Notes: generated by a model from the letters alone, not told the origin. 64,000 nucleotides of DNA from Antedon mediterranea (GCF_964355755.1 NC_092678.1:18183365-18247364), one strand, 5' to 3'. Positions 23,151 through 39,400 are shown, counted from the stretch's first letter. Numbers and translations are program-made.

Positions 23151-24949
23151 TGTGTACTATTGAAATATTATTTGACTACCCCTGCGAAAAGAATTAAACC
23201 CTAGGGATTTACAAAAAGAAAATGTTTAATCTCGTATATTAAAGGTATAATAGGAAACCTTGATGATTGTAAGAGGGTCAATTTCGGGAATATCTTATGA
23301 AAGACAATAGCACTTCCCTCGATTAATTATGAATGTGGTGTATGGCCGGCACTGTAATTAAAAAAGAGATAGGCCTAATTACGATAGAAAACTTACAGCT
23401 ACAAATGGCTAGATAAAAGCTCCCAGATGCACACCGCAACAAGCACTATATGGCGATTTAGGATGGAGTCCTTTATCAAAAACACATGAAATTACTAATA
23501 AAATACCTCAAACGTATAATAAATAGGGGCCATGAATGTATGGCCGGAATATTTCACTCCACTGGATGTTTTTAGGCCTAAATTTTAAAATTTATAAAAA
23601 TAGATTTTAAAATACAGCTTTTTGTAAGGAAACCTTAGATAGGCTAAATGCCAAGATTTAAATATGTTTGAACACGTTTTTGATACAGACAATTTTACAG
23701 TAATTCATCATAGAACCAAGATGATCATGCAGATGCAATTTAGATTGGTTAAATAAAACCAAAAGTCATCCCTTGAAGATTACTTCAAGCTAAAAGAAAG
23801 TCCTAGCCTTCAATGTTATCTCCTTGATAAAACCAATTTCACAGGTGCAAGCTTAAAAATTTAAATTAGGCCTAAGATCGAATACTTTACCCCTTGATGG
23901 ACGAGCCTGTAAATGGTCTAAATAAATATCTGGCCACTGCACTATGCCAGAGTGGTGAAATAGAAAATATAGGCCTACAACATTTGAATTAGTAAAGCTA
24001 GCTAAATAATGACCTTGAAATTTTGGATGAGTCTGCAACATGGGAATATTTTATAAATGCTAATGTTAATGAAAAAACAATTTTAGTTTTAGGGGGAACA
24101 TTAACATGGGTCTTAGTTAAGCTGTCTTGGCAGCATTTGACAAATATTGTAGGCCTAAACATTTTCTTAAAGTTGCCTGGGAAAAAAGATCTGAGTTTAA
24201 AAAGAGCTAATTGGCATTGTTGCTTAATAATCAAGTTAAGAAAAGTCACTAGGCCTACATTGGGTTTGTATTACTGTTGTATGTATTGTGTATGTATGTA
24301 TCGCTGAGTGTACATACATATATATATAAGATGATAACATAAAGTATAACATTAAATGGCGAATAATAAAGAAGTGTAAACCATATTCCAATGTTAACAA
24401 ACGGTGTAATCTATGCTTACAAGAGAAGTATTATATTATATGCAAGCCTGAAACCAGCTCACTTAACCATAGGAACAAATTAGTCAGTGCATGTAGACAT
24501 AGGAGAAAGTTTCTACTAAAGTATCAGTAATTTAGATAATAAGAATTTGGTTAACAATAGACTGTCCAGGAAATAGAGATGTGTTGTACTTGCTAATTAG
24601 CATACTATTGTTCACATAAACAGTTTGCCTTAAGACTTCATTATAGCTTTTTGTATTCACTTGTGACTATCATTCAGAGCCAAACACCTGAAGATTCAGT
24701 TCATACTCATGAAACAGCCTGTAGTGCAATAAAATGTTCAGTTGGTAATTTACTAGCGTCTTTCATTTATTTACATATATATATATATATTTCTTCGTTT
24801 TTTTTATAATTTTTTTTGTTATATAATGTTGATTTGTGGGGCCTATGTAGTTTAAGTTGACTGCACCCAATGAGTGTTTTGCCACTGATCCAAAAGTGTA
24901 CGGTCAATAAAATTATTGTACAGATTCAAGAAAATGATGAAACCGGGTT

Positions 24950-25535
24950 TTTTATGATAGAGAGTGTAATATTTACGACATCCATAAACTAAATTTTATA
25001 GACTTCATGGATAATGTTAGGCGTGGTGTGTTACCACAATATGTTCTTAACATTTTTAGTAAGCATGACAACAATTATCACAATCTTAGACACAAATATG
25101 CAATGAATGTACCTTTCTCAAGACTAACTTGCGGCCAACACTTTATTCATATAAATGGACCTAAACTTTGGAATTATTTCTGTAATAAAATTTCAAGCAT
25201 GGTGCATAAGCATGGCAAAAGTTTTAAAAGGTCCATTAAAGAATATCTTGTATTAAAGTATACCTCAGATGGTTACCTAATTAATTAAGATACTGTATTC
25301 TCTGTATTTTTATACTGATGTAATGTACGTAACGGCTAATTAAGATTAGCTTAAGTGTTGTATTATTATAATTTGTACTGGTATTTATACTTGTATAATG
25401 TAAAGAGAGACTACAGCGACAGGCCCATCGGGCCTTTTGTAGTCTCTCGACTAATATTATATGCCAACCATTGTTAATGTTATGCTATAATATTTTTGGT
25501 CAATAAATGTTTCTTGAATTGAAATGAATTGAAAA
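24950..25535 (+). mobile_element. 3' fragment of an L2/Crack-like LINE with 3' hairpin and (TTGAA)n tail
   Basis: ORF 25007-25288 HNLR...GPKLWN...SFKRSIKEYL; hairpin AGAGACTACA...TGTAGTCTCT; AATAAA followed by TTGAATTGAAATGAATTGAA. Confidence 0.7.
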
Positions 25536-28500
25536 AGAGACCCCAGATTACTTTAGTAAAATTATTACAAATTGGTTTACAAAAACTCGGGCAATAGTAC
25601 ATGTTTTGCAGTAGGTCTAAAAAAGATAATAGTGGAGAAGAACAAATAGACAATTAAGCTAATTAGTTACAAAAAAAAAATTATTTAAGAGTATTAGGCC
25701 TACAATGTAGTTTTAAAAACTATAGTATTAGGCCTATACCATAATCTTATTTTCGAAAACAGTGACGTGTATGTTATTACATACAGTAGTATGCATATTG
25801 TGTATGCGACATTTATAACATTTTGTCAAACTATTACAATTATAAACTGTAGGCCTAGGCCATAGTGAGTAAAAGAAGTAGCATTTGTCGCAAGTAGCGC
25901 CTACATATTGTTTTTCATATTGTATAATATTGCAAACATTCGATAAAAAAGGTGTTCAGTGTAACAGACCAAGACACTTTTATTCTAAACAATATAATCC
26001 ACACATTCCTACATAGTTAAAGTCACCTATTGCGCATGCGCGCTTCAAAAATAATCTGTATCAGACTACATCCTTGTTGTACCAGGGAAGAGTCAACTCT
26101 TCCCTGCTTGTACAAACACCATTGTTGGTTATGATGTAGTGAATTGAAAGAGATGATTATTGATTACGCACTGTATCTAAGGTAACTTAAATTGTTTATT
26201 TAACGGTATCTTAGTTACAATGTACAACTTAATTAAACGCTTAAATAAAGTTGTCGAAAAAGCATTGTAGGTGCAATTGTTTTATATTATGTACATACAT
26301 AATACACACACATGCGCGTACATATTTTAGTCTTTAACAACAAAACTGACATGGCTATAAAAACATGAAGCTGTAGATGTTTTTGTGAGCGAACACCATA
26401 AAAAATATTTTAATACGCCTAAAACGACAACTTTATTGAAAATAAACAATAAAGTTGTCGGAAAACATTGTAGGCGCATTTTCATATTATGTACATATTA
26501 ATACACATACATGTGCGAACATATTTTATTCTTTAACAAAAAAAAACTGACATGGCTATAAAACATGAAGCTGTAGATTTTTATGTAAGCAATGTTACAA
26601 AAATATTGCTTGAAAAAATGCAGAGAAAGTGACAGATGGCGTGTTATTTAATATTTCCGGCCTAAACTAACAAAGTTTACGTGACAAAAAAAGTGATGTG
26701 CCCAGATATGGAAATGATGATCTCATATCACTATAATAATGGGCATATCTATAGCATATACTATATTTGGACACATTACAATTTGTTGTCAAACTAGTTT
26801 GATAGTGTTGACAGAGCTTATAAATATAATAAGATATTAACGTCACCGATATATCGATTTTTAAGAGATCAATATGAATGTTTTGTTTGTATATAAGTGC
26901 AATGCAAATGATTTGACCAATGACGATGCGTCGATTCGAAATACCATCTCAGGCCATTGATCTGGGTATCGAAAATTGTATTTCTCGAGTAAGTTTCCGA
27001 GTCGACACAAAGCAATCTGGAGACACATTAGGCTGGATATCATGGAATGAAGCTAAAGCAAAAGCAAGAACTGGTTGAAGAGAATCTTGTAGCCTTATGG
27101 GACAATCTGTACAAAAAGGATATTGTTAAAGATGTATTGTCCCCCAAAACATGAAAAAAAGACTAATGAAATCTTTGGATTGGCCATTTTACAGTTTTAA
27201 TAAAGTTATACATAAAAAAAAAAATATTTCACTTATAAAAAGACAAAAGAAGCGAATAATTTTTAATAAAATTCAGAAAAATATAATCTCGACTATATAT
27301 ATTATATGCCAACCATTGTTAATGTTATGCTATAATATTTTTGGTCAATAAATGTTTCTTGAATTGAAATGAATTGAAAAAGAGACCCTAGATTACTTTA
27401 GTAAAATTATTACAAATTGGTTTACAAAAACTCGGGCAATAGTACATGTTTTGCAGTAGGTCTAAAAAAGATAATAGTGGAGAAGAACAAATAGACAATT
27501 AAGCTAATTAGTTACAAAACAAATAATTATTTAAGAGTATTAGGCCTACAGTGCAGTTTTTAAAACTATAGTATTAGGCCTATACCATAATCTTATTTTC
27601 GAAAACAATGACGTGTATGTTATTACATACAGTAGTATGCATATTGTGTATGCGACATTTATAACATTTTGTCAAACTATTACAATTATAAACTGTAGGC
27701 CTAGGCCATAGTGAGTAAAAGAAGTAGCATTTGTCGCAAGTAGGGCCTACATATTGTTTTTGATATTGTATAATATTGCAAACATTCGATAAAAAAGGTG
27801 TTCAGTGTAACAGACCAAGACACTTTTATTCTAAACAATATAATCCACACATTCCTACATAGTTAAAGTCACCTATTGCGCATGCGCGCTTCAAAAATAA
27901 TCTGTATCAGACTACATCCTTGTTGTACCAGGGAAGAATTAACTCTTCCCTGCTTGTACAAACACCATTGTTGGTTATGATGTAGTGAATTGAAAGAGAT
28001 GATCATTGATTACGCACTGTATCTAAGGTAACTTAAATTGTTTATTTAACGGTATCTTAGTTACAATGTACAACTTAATTAAACGCTTAAATAAAGTTGT
28101 CGAAAAAGCATTGTAGGTGCAATTGTTTTATATTATGTACATACATAATACACACACCTGCGCGTACATATTTTAGTCTTTAACAACAAAACTGACATGG
28201 CTATAAAAACCTGAAGCTGTAGATGTTTTTGTGAGCGAACACCATAAAAAATATTTTAATACGCCTAAAACGACAACTTTATTGAAAATAAACAATAAAG
28301 TTGTCGGACAACATTGTAGGCGTATTTTCATATTATGTACATATATAATACACATACATGTGCGTACATATTTTATTCTTTAACAAAAATACTGACATGG
28401 CTATAAAACATGAAGTTGTAGATGTTTATGTAAGCATTGTTAAAAAAATATTGCTTGAAAAAATGCAGAGAGAGTGACAGAGGGCGTGTAATTATTTAAT

Positions 28501-29135
28501 ATTTCCGGCCTAAACTAACAAAGTTTACGTAACAAAAAAAGTGATGTGCCCAAATATGGAAATGATGATCTCATATCACTATAATAATGGGCATATCACT
28601 ACTATATTTGGACACATAACAATTTGTTGTTTGTCAAACTAGTTTGATAGTGTTGACAGAGCTTATGAATATAATAAGATTTTATCGTCACCGATATATC
28701 GATTTTTAAGATATCAATATAAATGTTCTGTTTGTATATATAAGTGCAATGCAAATGATTTGACCAATGACGATACGTCGATTCGAATTACCATCTCAGA
28801 CCATTGATCTGGGTAACGAAAATTGTATTTCTCGAATAAGTTTCCGAGTCGACACAAATCAATCTGGAGACGCATGGCGGAGAAAGAAAGAGATTAGGCT
28901 GGGTATCATGGAATGAAGCTAAAGTAAAACCTAGAAAAAGAACTGGTTGAAAAGAACATCTTGTAGCCTTATGGGACAATCTGTCCATAAAGGATATTGT
29001 TAAAGATGTATTGTCCCCCAAAAACCTGAAAATTAAAGACTAATAAAATCTTTGGATTGGCCATTTTACAGTTTTAATAAAGTTACAAATCAACAACAAT
29101 AAGTATATCACGTATGAAAAGACAAAAGAAACGGT
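25445..29135 (+). repeat. Tandem segmental duplication, unit about 1.84 kb (25445-27290 and 27287-29135)
   Basis: Both units start TCTCGACTA.TATTATATGCCAACC and are collinear and highly similar through AAGACAAAA. Confidence 0.92.
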
Positions 29136-31544
29136 TAATTTATATTATTTTTTGTTACAGAAGTGAATAACTTTTGTATTTGAAGTAAAATACAACAAGA
29201 ATTCATACTTTGATAAGTCATAATTTTGCAATTGAAAAAAAAAATACTGAATCTGTAAAAGATGATGTGCTTATTAAATAATTTAAATAAAAATGATTTC
29301 TAAGTAATATTACTTTAATATACTAAACAGACTCAATTTCTGTCATTTTCGTTTATTTTATTGCTAAGGGTCACTTCATCAAGCTTCAAGTGTCAACAAA
29401 TTGTATCCTATTACAACCAAAAACTTTACTATTACTGTATATGGACTGTTTTGATAATAATTCAATGATTATCTGACAGCGAATTACAGTTAATATATAT
29501 ATCGGTCTTGATTGACAGTCAAATGGGACTCATTGTAAATACCAGAAATAATGTTTTGATTATTTGACCGTGTGAATTATTATAATACTGGCCTATGTTG
29601 ACAGACTCTCTATTCTCCTAGCTTTGGGGTTTGTAATTTTAGCAGGACCCGTCCTAGTTTACAAAGTACCAAACACGTCGGCCTCTGGAACTATAACTGC
29701 TGCTTGCTTTAGCTTCTGAATGAGTAGTCCTCTTGGGACGTACCTGGCTAAAGCAGCAGCGTGAAAAGCCAACATTTTTAGGGGAAAATATCTATATATA
29801 AATTATGGTTAATTCTGACATAGGCGAGCACAGTGCAAAAACTTCTCTACAAATCTCCGCCTTGGATACCTACCTTATCTATCCGAGATGTACCGCGAAA
29901 CGTAGATTTGATAACATTAGTGTGCACGCCGACGCTATTGTTCCATATTTATATCTTAGGAAGATATTATAAAGAGTTTTTTAACAACATTTATCATTTC
30001 AACATTGGATTTTCCTCTCAATTTCAATTCTTCCCGGTCAAAGTAATTTCCGGGTTTAAGATAAGTTCACCTTAGTTTCAAATATTTTCTCTCTTTTATA
30101 CACAAGGGAGCAGTTAAAATAATAGATTTGACCCTAAAGGTGACTGGAAACAGGCACTTTCCATCAATCAATACAGTGTCCCTTTGGAAGACGAAAAAAA
30201 ATTGGCCATTAATCATAGCCATTTCAGTTTTTTGTTTATTTTAAAACATACCACACGTGTGTGAAGGTACAGTAGTTAATTAATAGGAATTATACTGCAA
30301 ATTAATAAAGATCAAATTAAATATACGCCATAAAGAATCAGAATATATTGTGGGGAATAGTATTATAAAATTACATAGGGAGATTTGATAAGACATTTTT
30401 CGAGTGAAATCCCGATAGCTGAGTTTTATTGAGTAAGCTTGCAGGAATAACTGTAGGCTATCTTCCTGTGTCCCGTTAGGACCGAGATGTCTGCCCATGT
30501 TGCAAGCCGTAATGTCTTCTTTCTTGGGCCCACTCTGTCACGGCAGTTAGTTTCAAAAGATGATTAAATTAAATAATGTATTAATAATTATTAGGATGGT
30601 ATTCATTTGAATAAACGCCTCTCCAATAAAACATCACTTTGAATAATAACCCCGCCCCCCCCCCCCCCCCCACAACCCAGCTATCTAATAAACGTCCATC
30701 CACATATTTATAATAACACAATTATACTATTTGTAGTAGAATTCACCGCACTGTTATCTGCAATTTACCAAGCATTTGTTATTCTTTTTTACCACTTTTC
30801 ATATCTATGAGAGGATTTCATTTGATTATAAATGTTACCATATTAGAACTAAAACATTTAACATATATCCCTCGAATAAGCACCTCCCTCAAATGACCTC
30901 CGCCTCCCCAAAGGGCCCTACCAAACAATAAAAACTATACTTTAAAATGTTATTAATCATCTAAAACACTGTGAAACAAAGTAGTTTAGTTTTACGAATG
31001 TCAAGCATTTTCAATAATGGTAACCGACAGAAAATGTATAAGGAGAACATTATCATTCCGAGAACCATCGTCTACACTTCCTAGAGGGGGAGCGAGCGAA
31101 GCGAGCTCACCCTCTAGTATCTTTAAGTAAGGTAATTTCCGTGCAGGAACTGGTGTTTCGAGACAAATACACAAATCTAGTGATACTGCTGGTACTAGAT
31201 ATTGGGACGTCTACTGTACATCTTATATTTCTATTTTTTTCATTCTCCTAAAATTTTAAGTAAAATGCTAAAAGTATAATTAACCAGCAGTTGGCCGTCG
31301 TCGCGTGAATCCATAAATTCACTCTGGTATTGTCATTTTCAAATTGCTTACATAGTCTGATATTTTTTCAGTGGGATAATAAATATTTAATAAATAAGTT
31401 CTAAACTTATCCAGTATAATGTAGGTTTATTAAGTTATTGATTATGTCTTTTCTTTAAGGTAATAAAATACTATAACGTTCACTTGTGTGTGTTATTAAA
31501 TAAAAGTACAGGTTTTGTTGTGCTTGTGCATATAACGTATTTAA

Positions 31545-32927
31545 AGTGGAGCTACACTCAGACTTTCTCAGCTTATATTATGTTTAAGTATGTTTAATTG
31601 AAAGTGATTACATAAAAAAAACCAGGAAAAATACGGAAATATTTTCCAAAAACTCATTTCTAAAAAATCGGTCAGAAAATAGTGTTTTTTAACAAATTAC
31701 AGTTTTCCAGTAACTTAGGGGTTATTAGTTTACAATACGGCGCAAAACGCGTTACACTTAGCGACTGACGCGTTGTAGTCGCTGGTCAACGCATTGTGGA
31801 AATTTCTTCCCTTTGGTAAATTATGTGTCGAAAAATGGGGAATAAATTTTATACACACAATTAATACGATTTGTTTAGGCCTAAGTAATATTTCCGATAA
31901 GAATGTCAGTATAATTTACATGTAACCTCATGATTTTCACTGTACAACAACAACAGCATTATAATCTTATCAGATTGCTTTTAACTTTAAGCTAGGGCTA
32001 GGCCTAGCTAAGCCGTCTGCTCAGCCTAGCTAGCCTTGAATTTTTGTCTAGAGGCCTATGTATTCATAGGCATGGTCGTTTCGCCCCATTTATCGTTCCT
32101 GTGTTTTCTCGCATATTAAGAACTGTGAAACACAAAATCCTATACAGAACAAGAGTAGTAAAGAATAGTAAAGCGATGTGCAAGCTTAGACCTGACTAAA
32201 AAGCAACTATTCAGGCACCCTATCATGGCCCATGGGTAGGCCAAGGTCGGGTGACAGCAAAACAAACTTCACTGCTGTCAGCCTAGCCTAGCTAGAGGCC
32301 AAGCCACTCGGTACATACCTACACTCTAGTAGGCCTAGGCCTAGCTTTATTGAATATATAGCCACATCTTTCTCAAATCTCGTTAAATTTGACATTTTAG
32401 TAATAGTCTCATAATCACATTATTACACTGTGAAACATAATAGGGTCACATTCAGAATGTTTTAATATACTTTTCGCCCGTCAAAAATAACATCGCGACA
32501 AAATAACAGATCGCCAGCTGCAGTAGTGTGATTGTGAAAAATGTCACGTGATCGTACTCCCTAGCAAAATAAAAAACCCAATTGGACCCGAACGGGGGAA
32601 AGTGTCTATTTACGCAAAATTGCGCAATGTATACGTGATAAAAATACCAGAAATAGAAAGATCTGGAAAAATTACATAAATATACATTTTACATTTTTTT
32701 TTTGGTGAAGAAATGAATTTTTTAGGATTATTCAAATATACCCCCCTTTTGCATGTAAAAGAATAGGAAATTACAAGGTATCCCCCCAAAACGCAAAAAG
32801 GCGTGATTTTCAAGAAAATCGTACTCATTGAAAAAAAATTCAAAAAAATATGAAGTATAAGGGATGATATTTTTAAATAATAGTTGAAATGTATGAAAAA
32901 TAGTAATTTTCTGGGTGGAGCTCCACT
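31545..32927. mobile_element. TTAA-flanked non-autonomous DNA transposon (Kolobok-like)
   Basis: TTAA|AGTGGAGCTACACTCAGA ... TCTGGGTGGAGCTCCACT|TTAA; imperfect 18-bp TIR. Confidence 0.75.
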
Positions 32928-33499
32928 TTAATTAGTCAGGCCAATGTGTATGGAATTATTTTTAATACTAGCGTTCTTGCTAATTTAACCTAGAAATTAA
33001 TTAAAAATAAATTAATAACTCATTGTTATTATCCATTATCATATACATGCACGTACATATTATATTCTTTATAAAAACGGTTATTGCTAAGAAAAGTTAA
33101 AGATGCATCCGAGTTGAGCGAACGCCATAACAATTAATGCTTGGTGATACGACAGAGGACGTGTTATTTAAAATATTTCCGTCCACGAAGATAAAGATAC
33201 TGAGACTATATTAAACTCATCCACTTTTAAGTTATTGATTATGTCTTCGTTTAAGAGAGTCATATTCTAAAAGATCGGTGTGTATGTTATGGTCTTAAAA
33301 GTATTGTGCTTATCATGTGCATATAAAGTACCTAATATATCCGTCTTAATTATTAATTAATTTGAATAATATAGCGTTATTAATAAACAAATCGCAACAA
33401 GATAGCGTTAGTTATAATATTGCGACCGTGTGATATACAGCATATTCATTTTCGACAACGTAATTGAACATTGTTTATTAGCACACATTAACACACAAA

Positions 33500-36400
33500 A
33501 TGGCCTGTTGGAAATTCGTCTGTTTTTTTCTTTCTGTACTTCTACAATTAATTAAAGGTATGTTATTAATATATTTTAGTATTTACCAATGCTGTAAATG
33601 TAAAGGGAATCTCCGACTAACTGCTTCCTTAGGAAGAAACTTGATGGTTTTTTGTTCTCTTTTGTGGAGTAAACACCACTTTTATTCACATTCATATTAT
33701 CTTTCATGTCATCACATAAAATTACAATTATTTATCGCATTTTTGTTTATTCTTAATGTCATCAAATTTTGATAAACTTCATCAATAACATGTTTAAATC
33801 TTTGTATTCCGTATTACCTCATTTGTTTTCATTAATTCTCTTATATTTTGCTATAGTATAGGACCTACACTTTTTAAGAATTTTAAAAAGTTAATACAAA
33901 GACGTTTGGTCTAACTAACTTTGATGTTTATACTCTTCAAAGTAGGTTACTGTGTATTGTACGACTTGAATATGAATTTTAAACAATGTTTTCCGGAATT
34001 GACTATTATAACATAATTAAACATTTTTAGTAATCACAATTTATTTACAACATTTAACTTAAAATGTTCTTGTTGTTCTTGTTATTCGTTCACACACTGG
34101 TGACGGTAAATTAATCAAATATATCGGTAACTAGATATGATATTAAATATTTTTTCCTAAAGCATTATATAATCTACCACATGTACGCATATCGAGTAAA
34201 ACATAGCAATTGCCACGTCACGTCCTGCTGGTGATTTTCAGGTGTGAAAAGACACTTAAGGCGTGACTACAGTTATTTACCTCTGCCAAGGAGGTATGCA
34301 GTCGATCGCGTTTGTTTGTTTGTTTGTTACCAGTATTACTCAAAAAGTAATTACAAGATCTTTACCAAAATGAAATTACAGGTAGATATGTGGTCATTCC
34401 ATTAAATTTTGGGACCACGGTCCCGATTCTGATCCACTTTTTAGTATACTTTTCAGACCTGCTAGTGTTAAAAGATAGGACAGAATTTGTCAAAAGCCGG
34501 CGAGCAGTCTAAAAGTAGCAACTAAACTGAAATTGCATTTTCTCGAGAATAATTTGTCCAAAAAACTTCATTTTTGTACAAGAGGCAAGAGTTATAATTT
34601 TTGATTTGTAATTTTAAAACATAATTTGTTTTTTTATACGAGTAGTTTTAAAAAACTTATTTCTTTTAAAATTTATCCGCTTGTTTGTGGCGTTGCTGTT
34701 CTATTGTTAGTCAACTGATACTAATTGAAAGGCTGGTTACATAACCATTACACCAAATTCGCATACACAGTCATGCTTGTAGTGAAATTAGCCTAAATCA
34801 CGCCCAACATTCAGACACACAAAAATATATTCCCGCCCCGGAGAAATCTTATGTAGGAAAATGTTACAGTAGGCGGAGGTATGCTTTCTTGTGACAGTGG
34901 GACTGAACAATTCTTACAAGAAACCTGATAATATAACTGTGGAGTGAATACTTTTAATAATTTCCTAGAGATCGGCATTGATGTTTATATTTTTTTTAAT
35001 GTATTTTCACTTTAGTTAGAGAGAGGGTAACCCTTCTAGCTGAATATTCAGGCCAACTAGTATCCAGAGGCCTTGAAAATAATTGTATAAATCTATACAA
35101 TATAACATTCAATAAAAAAAAAAACGATACAATTATATTTTTAAAATTTAAATTTAAAGGAATTGAAAGACTCGTTTAAAACAGATGGTAATAAATAATA
35201 TAAATGTGTCGGAACGACGGAAACATTCAAATGTTACTTTTGGTACCTGTAAGTCGCCTCTTGAAGCAGCTTTAAGGCCCATTTACACTAGGACGATAAC
35301 GATGGACGATAAATATATAAACATGCATTTTTTTTACATAAAACAAAATAAATTAGAAAGGTTTTCGTTCTAGAACTATAGGATACTCATTTATGCTGTC
35401 TTTGTATTTTTAAAATTCCAATCAAATGACGTCATGATAAATAAAAACAATAAAATAGTTGTATTATCACGATATTATAGCTCTTACTAATCCTGACGTC
35501 ATTTGATTGAACGTGTGAAAATATCATTTTCATCAAAGGAAGCAGAAGGTTATTCTATAGTTCTAGAATGAAAAGTTTTTATACTTCTTTTGTTTTATGT
35601 ATATGAAAAATGCACATTTGTCTATTTATCGTCGATCATTATCGTCCTAGTGTAAATGGGCCTTTAGTCCTCTCGAACTTTGCAAAATCCCTTTTGTTTT
35701 TGTGCATAGGTATTGTATTTGATTTGTTCACGCGTTTATTTATGAATCAGCAAAGAATTTTATTCCAATAATTAATGTTTAATAGAATAATAATCAGGGC
35801 GTTAATTTTGTTATACTTATTGTTTATTAAGGTTTTAAACGTTTTTTATTTATATTTTATTAATACAGGGGATGTTATGTTTGTTGTCAACAAATATCCT
35901 CCTGGAATATATATGACCAACATTAGTTCCAGTGACAACGCAACTTTAATTTTTGAAGCAGTTATTCAGAATGTCGGATTAACTGTACCCTACGCTGTCG
36001 ATTATGATACCAGCACATTAACACTGTATTGGTCTGATTTCAGCGAGGAGTGGACCATTGAACGGTTTTCATTTGTCACTAACCAACATGAAGTGTTTGT
36101 ATCTTTGGGATCAACTGCTTGTAATATTCTATTCATTTTTACATGTTTTATTTATTATTTTTAGAGCATTTGTTTGAATTTCATTAACTTTTAATTCAAA
36201 ATGTATGCAAAAGAAATGTATTTTTGCTATGTTAATTTACTTTTTAAGAATATGCCTAATTATTTGGTAGAATGTGTATCATCATCACCATCATCATCAT
36301 GTAGTCCAAATAGACCAACTCTTGAGAGTTATTTCAAGGTTGAACCAAACGTTGTTGAACTAAACGTTGTTGTTTAGGCCTAACAATCATAATTAAATGT

Positions 36401-39400
36401 TTGAGGATACTCATAGGATGTTATAGTATAAGCACCATTTATCAATTTGTCTGATTTTTAAGAAATTGTAGATAACGTGATCGGATTTAGGATTTCTGAA
36501 TCGAAAGATTTCAGTAAGCGTTGATAACAGATGTATAGGTTAGGAAAAAAAGCGCCTAGTCCAAATGCGTACAGTAGCAGAAGTTAAACCATTTTACAGC
36601 GTATTTATAATTTGTATAGGCAAATCTTTTATTTCCCGCTTTCGCAAAAAAAATCTTTCTTTCGTCGTTTCCTCTGCATACAAGAACTAAAAAACCTAGG
36701 ATAATAAAGGGTATAATATAATCATTAAATACTAGAAATCAAAACACCGAACATCATTAATAATAAAACCTACAGAAATACACGTACAAGATTATTATGA
36801 ATATCATAAACATAAACAGTAAAAGTAACTATTAACAAGGCCAACAGCCATAAGTCGCGTGCTCTCAGAAAAAAATGAACTTTCAAAAAGTAATGTACTT
36901 TAAAACTTTTTGTACATCAAAACAGTTCAAAAAGTACAGAAAAGCGATAAAACGCATAGTGATACCGGACCGACATAGTAGTGAACTATAGAGTCGCGTC
37001 CACGCGACTAAAAACAACATGGAATACAATCAATATATCATGCTCTGTAAAAATAAAGACATTATCTAATTATTTTTGTAAATAACTTGCCACGAAATAT
37101 AATTACTACTTAACTGCAATAGGATCGATGTTCTTGTAAAACCCAAGCTATCTCTTGCAATGTCACTCACTAATATCTAAGGAATCCCACTAAAACTTGT
37201 TAGTACCTAAATCTGCAAAAGAGATTCTTGAAATTTATAATCTAAAATAGTTCCGGCCTTGACGATGTTGAACTACAATAATTATAAAAGAAATTTGTTT
37301 AGGCCTACCGAACGCACAACTTATAATTATAATGTTCCCATCATAAAATGTCCAACTTTTCAAAAAAGAAATTATCGTATGGTTCAATTATTATACTGCC
37401 TTGCTTTTTAAGATACGCCTTAAATTAAATATATAATACATTTTTTCTTTCTACGTGAGCAAGCATTACGAAAAAATATAATTAGTTGCGTCGAGAACCT
37501 TATTTCTGAAAAATAGCGACGTGAACAACGTTAACCAAATGGTATCGAAACATGGAAGATCATTACATTTCTGCAGAATAATTAAGAAAACAAAATGGTA
37601 AATTTAATTATTTTTAATTAATTGTTTTATGTTTATAATTAAGTCAAACAATAATATTTGTTCATCGCTATGCTATTTATCAGTTAGTAATATGCAAGTT
37701 AAAATGCCCAGCTAGATAGGGTTAATTCTCTTGGCGGCCCAAAGCAATTATTGTAACTAGATGGTTCTTGAATACATAATAATTTCAGCGTTAAAACAGT
37801 GGCGATTTCAAATGTACGTACCGCAGGAACGAATAAATAGACACTTTGATTTATGTACTCAACTAAAATTAGCACCCTGGGAATTCCTTCCGCAAGAGAA
37901 ACTGTTTAAAACTTAATAAGTTGTGTTTTGTATGTAACATTAGGGTTGAGGGATGGGGAAGAGGATGGGTGCAAGAAGGAACAATTTTTAAATATATTCT
38001 TTATCCATTTAGTAAGGAAATATTAATTGTTTTCATGTTTTACAAATAATATACCACTAAACACAGTAAACCATTGCGATGTAATACTTTGTTGAAACTA
38101 TCACCGTCGTAGTCGATTGAAATAGTACAGTACATGTAACGATACACTACGACGTATGTTTATATATAATGTTAAACAATTTGTGAAAACCACCTCTATT
38201 CGGGGAAAATCATAAATTCGATTGAAGATCGTCAATAAATATTAAATTATCTAACTCAACTTAATTAGTTACTACTACTACTCATGCCAGTGAGAGAAGG
38301 GTGATGATGTGGGTGGTTTAACTGCCATAATAAATATTTGTACATAATATACGGCGACTGAAAACGCTAGCTCATTATCCGTTAAAAAAAATCTATATCC
38401 AACCTCTGCAGTACAGATTGAAAAAAAAATGGATCGAATTTCTGTTATGAGTAGGCCTATACAGTACTTGCCTTTACGACGCCTGAGGGAATAGACACTT
38501 GTGGAACAGAGAGAAACTTGTCAAACAGAGATTGGAATGTTCCATTCATCGCAAATCAATAAATTTGTATAAACGTATATTAAATCTATCAAAATAGTAT
38601 TTTTTAAAGAAAATCAGCCTGTCTTCAACATTATGATACTGTACTCGAGCTTTTCAACCCGTTTTCATCCATTAAAAACAATTATCGTAGGAGGAGATAG
38701 GAAAATGCGAATCATCCTCGTATTATTGTATGCGGGTATTTTTTCATGGACATTCATTTAGACAGTGTATACCACGATTGGAAAACACCCCTATTTGGGG
38801 CAAATCGTTGAACCTAAATTCGTTTTAATCGTCAATAACTAATTATCTAACTTAATTTAATTAGTAAACAGGGTTACATCAGGTGGTTAAAATCAGTACC
38901 GAAAGTACGAACCAACTGTATATAATGTGTATATGCCAATCTTTTATTTCCCGTTTTCGCAAACATAAATTTTGGCATTTCCTCTGCGTAGAATAATAAT
39001 AAAGGGTATAATAGAATCAATTAACACTAGAAATTAAAACACCGATTAATAATAAAACCTACAGAAATGAACGTACAAGATTATTAAGAATATCAATTTT
39101 AAAACAAATTCAATTAAAACTAAACAGTAAAAAAAAAACACTTTTAATTGCGTAGAAAACCTTATTTCTGAAAAATAGCGAAATAGTGAAATATAATACA
39201 TAACCCTAGTAGAGGGTAGAGAATAAAGTAAATTTCATAGGTTGGGATTGCAGTAATTGTTTAATTGCTCATCATTATTTAAGATGTGTGTGGATTAGCC
39301 GTTGATGGAGCTAGAAAAAAACTTTATTGGACAGATTTAAACAAAGACCGAATTGAAGTAATCAATCTGGATGGAACAAACAGAACAGTTCTGTTTGACA

